64,000 nucleotides of DNA from Octopus sinensis (Eukaryota), in assembly GCF_006345805.1 (NCBI RefSeq), contig NC_043007.1, positions 62,558,001-62,622,000 on the forward strand, given 5' to 3'. The notes beneath the pieces were generated by a model. It saw only the letters and a list, made by a program, of their open reading frames with translations. It had not been told where the DNA came from and made no database searches. Both the position numbers and the translations under genes were made by a program. Below are positions 15,401 through 27,518 of the stretch, piece by piece (position 1 is the first letter of the stretch; every line of letters begins with the position of its first letter).

Positions 15401-15562
15401 ATACATATATTTATATATACATACATTATACATATATATATACATATATATAGTACATATATATATTATAAATATAGTATATATATATATATATATATTA
15501 TATATACATATACACAGATATATATAGTATATATATTATATATATATACATATATATAGTCT

Positions 15563-15632
<70 letters not shown>

Positions 15633-16453
15633 AGAAAAAATAAGTTCAAAAAGAACAACTTGAACTTTTTGAGGGATCCAAAAAGAGATAAAAAGTGATT
15701 TCTAATAAAGATTCATCATATTCATAAAAAACAGTTAGAGCAAGTAATAAGAATATGAAAATAATAGTTGAAAAATATCGTTATAGGTATAAATATACAC
15801 ATCAAAATTAGATTTCATACAAAATTGGATTCAATACATACACAAGTTTCAAAAGACAATACAAATATGTAAGAAAAATATTATCATCATAGTAATTATA
15901 ATTAAATTTATGCATTGTCATTCTCATCAGTGTGAGGAATTTTTGGAAGGACATCAAAAAGATTTAATAAAATAAAATAAGATACAATAAGGGAGAAGAC
16001 TAGGATAAATCGGATATTTGCAAACAAGTAGTAAAAGGGAAAAATTAACAGTAAAATATAATAGTGAGAGATGAAAGAGAAAAAAAAACAGACATATCAA
16101 TGTGTATGCAAGTCTATATGTGCAGTAAACTATAATAAAAAAAATAAAAATCTAACAGATATATTTAAAGAAATAGTAACATGTCAAGACAAAGTATAAT
16201 GTAAATAAGGCCACGTGTGTATAGTAGAATATAATGCAACAGGTACACTAGCTGAAAAAACCATAGAGAAAAAATAGGAGCAAAAACGAATATATGAAGG
16301 AGAAAATTATTATAAATTTACAAGTGATAGAGAAAACGAAACACACTCAACACACAAGGATATAGTCACACACACATACACACATACACATACAAGGGCG
16401 CAAGTGTAAGGGAAGATATAACAAGTAAAATAAAGGAGTACATATTCACATAA

Positions 16454-16509
<56 letters not shown>

Positions 16510-19500
16510 TAATAATAATAATTAATTCTTTTTATTGCTTTTATTTTTAATAAAAAAAATAAAAAGAATTATTATTATTATTATGTGTGTGTGTGTGTGT
16601 AATTTCAAACTTACAGGGAAAAATTCAATTTAGTAATTCTAAATCAAATTTCACAATATATAATATATGTATATAATTTAGAGAAAAACCTCTATTAAGC
16701 AATTCAATAGTGAAAGACGTTATTCACACCATATAGAAAAAATAAATATACTATAAAAACCTTATTCTAAAAATCAATAAAGTACATAAACAATAAATAA
16801 TAAATAGTAGTAAAATTGACTACACGCGTTTCGTGGCTATATTTTCAAATAGATAATAATAATAAATTCAATTCGATTTAAAATTAATACGATTAAAAAA
16901 TATAGTCACTCATCAGGTCTAAAATAATAATAATAATAATAATAAAAATAATAATAATAATAATAAATTGATAAATTTTTATTGATATTTAGAATAAGGT
17001 TTTTATAGTATATTTTTTTTTTTATATAGTGTGAATAACGTCTTTCCCTATTGAATTGCTTAATAGAGGTTTTTCTCTAAATTATATACATACACACTTA
17101 ATGATGAAACTACTTTATCTTAAAGATAAATGAGATTCAATATTTTTAATCACAAAAATGAAAGATAAAAATTTTCTATATTAAAGTTCAGATGTTGTAA
17201 TAGACAGTAAATAACTGGACAAGAGACATTATAATAAATAAATCTTGCTTAGGAGAGAGATTTAGTTACTATAGATTAAGGAGGGTAGGACCTTATTTTG
17301 TATCTATTCAGATTTGTGAAATGAATAACAGCAATGAGGATGCCTTCCAGGAAGATCTGGAGCCTGATACAACTCAGCACTGGTGAACAAGAGGGCTCCA
17401 AAAAATAAATATGCAAATATGCAATATCATGAACCCACTCATGCGCACACACATTCACCATGTTCCACAAGCATAGAAATGCTTTATTTTCATATTTAAA
17501 CAAGTAGATTTCCAGAAATGTGAATGGTAAGAAAATAATTAAGCCATAACTTCAATTAAGGACCACAATTAAATTAGACTAGGATTCAAATTTACTGTTG
17601 TAATTATAGAACACATAGTATTCAAACAGTGATTATTGAGCACTGAAAAAAAGAAGAGGTTTATAGATTGCAAATAATAACAATGAAACAATATATCCAC
17701 AATAGAACATAATATGAATTAGAACTCAAGACTGTTGCTCTAGGTCAGACTGTTAAATTCCAGGTCAACAGGTAATGTGTTAGACCAGCTTGCCAATAAT
17801 AAATACACATTTTCTATATCTTTTTCTCCTCTTCAAAGAGAATTTTTTTAGCTTAAGATGAATAAAAGAATAGAAAGAAAATATTTTCACCATGGAAAGA
17901 TACATACCATTTTCTGAAGATTTAGCACGATTTACCATTGATGCCATTTCGTTATTCAAAGTTTCAATCTCACTATGAAGAAGACGGATTTCCAGCTGAG
18001 ATGCATTCACTTGGTCTTGTGGATTGTTTGACAAAGATTCCATGTTTATCACAGCCTTTTCTGGTGATGTATCAACCATATCTAAACTGTTTGCATTCGC
18101 ATCAACATTGACAAATGACCGTGTCATTGGTGAGTCTGTCACACTCTCCAAGTCTGGAACATCTGAGATATACAAGACGTAATCATCTTGCCAATTAACC
18201 TCGCCCATTACAATGGAGAAGTTATATAAATGTTTATAATAAGCACTAAACTAGTACAAGCTACATATAATAAACAGGACAAAACAGATTGTCAGGGATT
18301 TTTAACGTACTTTCTTACATTTTGGATATATTTTGAGGTACTGCTGATTACAGTAGCATAGTTGAGATAGCATGAAAAACAGGTCACTGACAACAAAGAG
18401 AGTAAATTAAAAATGTTCACTTGTATACACAAATATTCTGATGAAAGTATATTAAGTGCTCAGTTCTACTGAATAGCTTCAGAGCTAAAGTCAGCCACAT
18501 ATATTCAGAAAGAGGACACATAACAGAAAAACAAAGACAAAGATGTATATATACACACGACAAACAATCAATGGTTTTACAACAGTGCAAAAGGTCAGTC
18601 ATCAGAATGGTGATGTTATTGTATCTAACTTGATGCTTCATTCACCTGAGGACCAAACTATACCTTTCCATCCTTTCTAGATGAAATTAAGCACCAGTTT
18701 TATACTAAACACGATTCAATAAACTATATATTCCCTCTATTACAAAAATGAATCATGTGCCTGGTTAAAATAAACTGTTATTTATTTTATTGTTATTTTG
18801 ATAAGATAAAGCACATGAGTAAAGCTAGTTGAACAATATCCTTGCCTAAAAAAATATGCACTCAAGTGCAATGTTAATTAAATACTGGACAATAAAACAC
18901 TACTATAGTCACCAAATTCCCATAATTTTCAATATTTATATAATTTTCATCATCACCATCACTATTATCATCATCATTCTAACATCTACTTTTCCATGTA
19001 GGTATAGGTCAGATGAAATTAATCAAAGATTTTTCTTATGGCTGGATGATCTTCCTGTCATCAACCATCACTTTTACCAGGTAAGGCACTGTATTCCCTA
19101 GTCTTTCAAACAATGAGCAGCTCAACCAGACATGTTTTCATGGTAGATTATAGACAAAACCATTGTCACTAACAGTTACCTGCTTACCAGTAGAGTCTTT
19201 ATTGTTCAACTTCATTTCAAAAGTGCAGAGTAAGAGGATGAATTACTGACAGGAAATGTTAACATATCGGTGTGTTCAATGCCTTCAGACAACGATGTGG
19301 GATGTAAACATTCCATGCACGTATATATATATGCTTTCCTTTACTTGTTTGAGTTTCTTTTGGTGAACCACTAAGAGGACCTAAACAAACCAACACCAGT
19401 TGTTAAGTGGTGGTGGACAAACACAGACACACACACACACATATATACATATATATATATATGATGGGCTTCTTTCTTTTTCCATCTACTAAATCCACTC

Positions 19501-22500
19501 ACAAGGCTTTGGTCAGCCCACTGGAAGACATTCATCAGACTTCAGTTAGGTAAATAAAAGACACTTGTCCATGGTGACATCCAGTGGGACTGAACCCAAA
19601 ATCACGTGGTTGGGAAGCAAACTTCTTACCACACAGCTATGCCCATACTTATATATATATATATATATATAGTCGCCATGATAGATTGGTAGCCACTACA
19701 CACAGTTTTTTTTTCTTTCCTTGTTTCTTTCTGTGGAAGAGCATAGGCTCGAAACATAAAAGACTTTTTCAATTCCCAAGCGTTATATTAATACATCTGT
19801 TTGTTTTCTACACCACCTGTCTTCGTCTTTTGCTTTTTTCATGAATTCTCCCCCTATATATATATATATTCTTTTATTTGTTTCAGTCATTTGACTGTAG
19901 CCATACTGGAGCAGCACCTTTAGTTGAACAAATTGACCCCAAGACTTATTCTTTTGTAAGCCTAGTACTTATTCTATCAGTCCCTTTTGCTGAACCACTA
20001 AGTTACAGGGACATAAACACACCAACATCAGTTGTCAAGTGATGGTGGAGGGATAAACACAGAAATGCAAACATATACATATATATATGATGGGTTTCTT
20101 TCAGTAGTTGTGAGGCCCTAGATAGACAGTGTAAGCAATGGAAGACCTTACATCTTCCAACAAGTCTGCACCATCTCATAAGGCTAAAACAAACCAAGAT
20201 TGGATGCACACCAATTTCCACTATCATGTTACTCCAGACACATGGCCTCCTAGCTCACCTGACCTCAATCCACTAGACTATGACATATGGGATGTTGTTG
20301 AAAGACAGGTCAATCAACACTCTCATAATACCATTCAATCTCTCAAGTCTATTGCATTCTATGCTTTGACCCAAGCATAGAATGGGGCTCACCTCTTTGA
20401 GCTAGGAAATGAATGGAATACCTGGTGTGTGTCTTGTTATAGCTACCCACTCCTATAAAAATGAATAGGCCTGGATATATGTATGCATGTTTTTATGTAT
20501 ATATATATATAATACAAATAAGAAAATGGAGAAACAATTTAGTTGGTTCATCAGCTTTCGGATATTAGAATGTTGAATTAGTATATTGGATAAATACTAT
20601 CCTTTAGTGGGTTGGATCCGTAACCCCTAACTTACTTGGTGTTATATATATATATATATATATATATATACTAGACTACCCGTCACCCGTTGGGTCACTG
20701 GGGAAGTCTGAGATTATCAGCCATGAAGTTTTGTTTCGTAGGTTTTTTTTTCTTTTCCATGTTATTTTGCATGCTTTCAACAAATGTGACATCAAAATCA
20801 CGTTTAAATGGCTCCTTTCCCCCAAAAAGGAAAGATTTGGCTGCTATTTCTTGCACACTCTGCTACTATGTAACAGGTATTTTGGGTCCTTTATCGCAAA
20901 TAACTGTTACATGGTAGCAAGGTATGCTGGAAAAAGCAGCCAAATCTTTGGAGGTGAGATACGTTGAATGCACTTGAAAGAAACCTATGGAAAAAACTAT
21001 TTCACACCAAGGTTCTGAATGGGTCTTCTATGAAATATTTACCATATTTTTTAAGTCATTTTCACTTTAAAATATTTTGCCCATCATATTCAATGAATGT
21101 GACATCAAAATCACATGTAAACAGCTCCTTTCCCCAGAAAAGGTAAGATTTGGCTGCTACTTTTTGCATGCTCTGCAACCACGTAACAGTCCTTTATCGC
21201 AAATAGCTGTTACATGGTGACAGGGCATGCTAGAAATAGCAACCAAATCTTTGGAGGCGAGATACGTTGAATGCACTTGAAAGAAACCTATGGAACAAAA
21301 ACTATTTCACACCAAGGTTACAAACAGGATTTTTACAAAATATTTATTGAAGTCATTTTCACTTAAAAATATTTTGCCTATGATGATTTGTCTAACGGGT
21401 GAAGTTTTTTTCAGAGTATTTTCCCATTATGCACCATTTTGAGTATTTATACCCAAAAACACCGAATATCTCAATAACTACTGGTCCAATTTATACATAA
21501 CATGTTTTATTCCATTTGTATTCACATTTCAGGGGACCTTTACTTTCAAAGTATCTTCTCATTATGCACCAGTTTCGCTGTGTAACATTGCAATCAAGCA
21601 AAATTGAACTTCAAAAGTCCACAAACTTAGCTGCTATGCTTTGTTCAAGCAATCGCTAAATTATAAAGTGTAGCATACCCATTTCTGTTTGACTGTCAAG
21701 AGACATAAAAGTATATATGTGCTGGGTTAACAGTGGTTGATAATAGTTGAATTATAAGAGATTAGTTGTAGGAAGTCGAAGTGCGCTAGTGTTCTAAGAT
21801 ATATAATCAAAATAACTCCTTGTAGCATAAACAGATGTCATCCCTACGTAATAAATCCAATGTTAATGGTTTAATAAAGTATTGAGTGGGTATTATCTGA
21901 TGGTTGATGATTGATTTAGGTATGTTTCTCCATTTTCTCATTTTGTATAAATATATATCTATATATATAACACATACATATATAATACATATCATCATCA
22001 TTTAACGTCCGTTTTCCATGCTAGCATGGGTTGGACGGTTTGACCGGGGTCTGGGAAGCCAGGAGGCTGCACCAGGCTCCAGTCTGATCTGGCAGTGTTT
22101 CTACAGCTGGATGCCCTCCCTAACGCCAACCACTCCATGAGTGTAGTGGATGCTTTTTACATGCCACCGGCACAGGTGCCAGGCGAGGCTGCAACGGCCA
22201 TGATCGGTTGGTGCCTTTTACATGCCACCGGCACGGAGGCCAGTCGAGGCAGCACTGGCATCGGCCACGTTCGGATGGATCTTTTTACGTGGCACTGGTA
22301 TCACAACTACAATTTCCATTGAATTTTTGATCGATTTCACTTGCCTCAACAGATCCTCGCAAGCAAGGTCTTATACATATATAATTATATATATACGTAT
22401 AATATATAGGTACTACTTAAGAAGAGTGGTCCCGGTGCGCACATCCATGCTAGCTAGTCGTGACTAGTCGATCCTTACTTTGAGTTTTATTTACTTTGTT

Positions 22501-24434
22501 TAAAAAAATTATTTACTTCATGTTTTGGATCTTTTCCTTTTGAACGGCACACAATTTCTAGATAATTAAACACTTAAAAACTTCGTATAATGGTAGAATG
22601 TGTCAAACTAAAACATTTTTTTCTCTTGGCTTTCTTGATAAAATTGTAATTCGTTTGTTTAACGTAGTTTAATTTTTCGAATTTTAACCAATGAATCGCC
22701 TCTAATTGAGCTAAAATCATTTGCTGCGTCTAAAACTGAGACAACATCCTGTCACTAACCCTAAACCTCACCCTAACCCTAAATTTTTTTTTTCTTAATT
22801 GTTACGCGTGTAAAAAAAACGAAAGCAATGGAAAATAATTTAAACAATTAACAAACAAAATAATTTAAACAATTAACAAACAAAATACACACGCTTTCCG
22901 AACATATACGGAAAGCGTGTGTATAAAATTATAGAATTATTTTGTTTGTTAATTGTTTAAATTATTTTCCATTGCTTTCGTTTTTTTACACGCGTAACAA
23001 TTAAATTAATTTAACAATTAAGAAAAAAAATTTAGGGTTAGGGTGAGGTTTAGGGTTAGTGACAGGATGTTGTCTCAGTTTTAGACGCAGCAAATTATTT
23101 TAGCTCAATTAGAGGCGATTCATTGGTTAAAATTCGAAAAATTAAACTACGTTAAACAAACAAATTACAATTTTATCAAGAAAGCCAAGAGAAAAAATGT
23201 TTTAGTTTGACACATTCTACCAGTATACGAAGTTTTAAAGTGTTTAGTTAACTAGAAATTGTCTGCCGTTCAAAAGGAAAACATCCCGTGTTTTTGTGTT
23301 TTATTTACTTTATTTTAAAAAAATTGGCACTGTCATGCTTTTTAGCTGTCAGAAGTGAAAGTCGTCAACTTCGTGTATTTACGTCAGGTTTATACCTTCG
23401 TTTATTTACGTACCACCACGCTGGGGCGATCTTTCGTCTCTAGTAGACCTTTCAGTCGATTTCCGTAAAAAAAATTTTTTTTTTTTACATATGGGCTTGC
23501 GGGAACTTTTGAAGTAATATACATACATATACACCGAGTAAAAAATTTCAGTTATCTCTTTCTTTCACACACACTAACAGAAGCACTTCACTTACACAAC
23601 ATACTGTCTGTCTCCCACACCCCATCAAACACACACATGTACATCAATGCTTCCCATGCACGGTAACTTCAAAAGAACAATGAGAGCGAAAGATACAATC
23701 GCTTTCTCTTAGTCTCTTTCGCTCTCATTACTTCAAAAGTTCCCGCAAGCCCATATGTAAAAAAAAAAAAAAAATTTTACGGAAATGGACGGAAAGGTTA
23801 CTAGAGACGAAAGATTGTCAAGTTCAGTTTATAAATAAATACATTTCATTCCATGTTCTGTTTAAACTTTATAAATAAATATATTCTTGCAGTGTGTGTA
23901 TATGTGGCTATATGTCTGACTTAATGTGTGTGTGTCTGTATTTATTGTATGAGTGTATAAGTAGTTATATGCTTATATTATCCATTATAGTAATATTTGT
24001 CTGTTGAAATCCGTTTTAAGGCGGAATAGTTTAATTAAAGATGTGTCTATACATGTATATATATATATATATACATATGTATATATACATGTGTATACAT
24101 ATATATATATGTGTGTGTGTGTGTATATATACATGTGTATACATTACACATGTATATATATATGTATACAAATGTATATATACATATGTATACACATGTA
24201 TATATACATATGTATACACATGTATATATACATATGTATACACATGTATATATACATATGTATGTATGTATATATATATATATACGCCAGGTTTATACCT
24301 TCGTTAATTTACGCCGTTTATTTACGTACCACCACGCTGTTAGGTTTATAAATAAATACATTTCATTCCGTGTTCTGTTTAAACTTTATAAATAATATAT
24401 TCTTGCAGTGTGTGTATATGTGGCATGTGTATAT

Positions 24435-24474
<40 letters not shown>

Positions 24475-25833
24475 ATATACACATGCCACATATACACACA
24501 CTGCAAGAATATATTTATTTATAAAGTTTAAACAGAACACGGAATGAAATGTATTTATTTATAAACTTTAAACTGAACTTCGATTGTTTTATAAACCTAA
24601 CAGCGTGGTGGTACGTAAATAAACGGCGTAAATTAACGAAGGTATAAACCTGGCGTAAATACAAGAAGTTGACGACTTTCACTTCTGACAGCTAAAAAAG
24701 CATGACAGTGCCAAAAAATTATTTAGTTTGTGTAAAAAAAATATTTATTTTGTATTTTATTTACTTTGCTAGGTAGTCGTTGTAGGATCGACTACTCACG
24801 ACTAGCTAGCGCGGAAGCGCGAGTACGCGTACCGGGACCACTCTTCTTAGCCTCTAAGGGATAGATATATCCAAAGGCACTCCTGGTAATTATCTCAGTG
24901 GGTATATTCCTTGGCAAAAGGTATACGGCAGCAGGTAATTTAGCGAGTAACCGTAGTTTAATTTATATAGGCGAGAAGAAAATGGAGGACAAATAACAAA
25001 CAGAAGTGTGTCTTTTGCATTAGTAAGGCATTATTTAATTAGTAAATAAAGGTGAGAGTGGGAGTGAAGTTGTTTAAAATCGTTTCTGTTTACCATGGTG
25101 ATGAAAAAATATATATTTTTGTCTTGTTGCTAATGGTAGACATCGTCAGAACGAAGAAGTCAGAGGTAGAGAGAAGAAGAGTGAAAGATCAATGGTTATA
25201 TATCGGGAAAGAGAAGATCAAAGATTTGAGTGCCTTACATTATATTGGGGTTCACAGTTCATTAAGTCCGTTATGAGGTGGATGAAGAATATAGGTGAGT
25301 TGGACCTGTAGTCTCGTGTATACTCAGTGGTATGACTTGCATATGCCTTTAACTTCTGGAGGGTTCACTGGCGGTGCAATGTAAGGGAGCTAACTCTAAT
25401 TAGGGAAAACCGGTGCTATTATAATAATCGAGGCGTCTATTGAAATAAAGGTTGTAGGTGGTTCGTATTATTACAGATGGCCATATATTGGTGTAAAATA
25501 TGGAACAAGCATTGGTCCAATCTAACGTGTAGAGAGACTCATTGCTGTAATACTATTTTGTTATGAAGAGTGCATATAGAAAAAGAGGGTGGGAAGGGAA
25601 AGTTTGCTTGTAAGTATCTTAGGTGGTTTTCGGTTAAAAAGAATTATATGCATACATAGGCTAGCGTAGGATGTAGAGTAGGTATATAATTATTGGTTTA
25701 TTATGTAGGTTTGGAGTAGGGTAACATAGAATATGTTAGGTATTTTGTGTGTTTATAATATAAGTTTGGGTTTGTGTAAGTGGTTAAAGGGAGGTAATGC
25801 GCTAGTGAGTGAGACTACTAAATTATATTTTAA

Positions 25834-25866
<33 letters not shown>

Positions 25867-26779
25867 GAGATAAGTATATAAAGATACTCTCTATCTCTCT
25901 CTCTCTCTAAATATATATATTTATCGGATAATATAATGAATTTTATACAGAAGTATTATGGATTACTACCAGGGAATTACCAAGAAGACATATGAATTTC
26001 AAGAGTCTCATACCAAACGTATATACAAATTTCACATTTCTAAACTAACTATCCCTCTCTCTCTTTCGGAGAGGCACTGAGCAGCTATACACACACGGCA
26101 GTAACTTCCACCTACTGAATTCAATCACAAAGCTCCGGTCAGCTCGGGGCTATAGTGGAAGACACCTACCCAAAGTATATGAACTATATTTGGAATACAA
26201 TATAATATAACGGATTTTACATATGAATATTATGGATTATTGCAGAAGAATAACCAAGGAAGTATATATGGATTTAAAGATTCATCAAAAGTAGTAATTT
26301 TAAATTTATCTTTTAAACAAACACCATTTTATAGTTTTACTTCAAATTTAAAAAAAAAAAACTACCATTCAATATGTTATATAGAATTCAAATTTTATAT
26401 CTCTGAAGAGCAGAAGCATTGTCTATAAATGCTTATCAATATAGGATTTTATTATAGGGACAACTCCTCTGTGAAACGATCGTAAGATGCTTTAAATAAT
26501 TAATTCAAAACTTTTAAACTGTCATATATATTACATATTTATATTTAGTTATTTATATATTTTTAATACAACAATTATTTTTCACACGTGTATATCTTTC
26601 AGAGAAGTTTTGATATTAATTTCCTAATCTTAATAATAATATATTATTTAAAAATATATATATGTATGTAATCACTCATATTAAATATATAAATACTTTA
26701 ATAGTATTAATACTTTGATACAATTGAGCACTTAATATAAAATCAGTATATAATATTCTCATTGAATATATTTAATTAA

Positions 26780-26825
<46 letters not shown>

Positions 26826-27435
26826 TCATTTTTACTTTTTTACTTGTTTCAGTCATATGACTGTGGCCATGCTGGAGTATGGCCTTTAGTCGAACAAATC
26901 GGCCCCAGGACTTACACTTTCAGTCTTTTTTAAGCCTAGTACTTATTCTATCAATTTTTTTTTTTGCCAAACTTTATAATTATAGGGACGTAAACACACC
27001 AATATCAGTTGTCAAGTGATGGGGGGTGTCAAACGGACACACACACATATATATGACAGGCTTCTTTCAGTTTCCATCTACCAAATCCATTCACAAGGCT
27101 TTGGTAGAAGACACTTGCCCAAGGTGCCATGCAGTGGGACTGAACCCAGAACCATATGGTTGGGAATCAAGCTTCTTACTATACAGCTACTCTTGCACCA
27201 TATATATTTTTAAACTCTGTCTTTGAAGAGACTTATTTATAAGGGAATTGTTTATATATTTAAAAAATGTATGTAAGTAAAAACAAAACTGTTGGCATTT
27301 TGATGTTTTAATAATTATTTATGTTATCTTATATTCATAGTATATTATGTTATATTATAATAATTATAATATAAATAAATTATTGGAATGTCAATTATAT
27401 CTATTTAATTTTATTGTTGTAATATACATACAGAC

Positions 27436-27467
<32 letters not shown>

Positions 27468-27475
27468 TAATATAT

Positions 27476-27518
<43 letters not shown>

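Noticed and set aside
20535-20625. CUGAUGA next to GAAA on the minus strand
   Set aside because: The order is GAAA then CUGAUGA with no closing helices, so it cannot be folded as an HHR.
22755-23058. Interstitial telomere or chromosome fusion site
   Set aside because: The tracts are short, degenerate and mirrored as part of a multi-copy foldback element.
23990-24400. Ile/Tyr/His/Cys-rich ORFs here and at 15374-15559, 27401-27626, 41805-42743, 45222-45744
   Set aside because: They are translations of (TA)n, (CA)n and (TACA)n microsatellites, not genes.
25105-25155. Minus-strand CUGACGA-U-GUCU..AGAC-AAAA
   Set aside because: G12 is missing and there is no helix III or I. The surrounding purine-rich block (24850-25800) has no assignable ORF.
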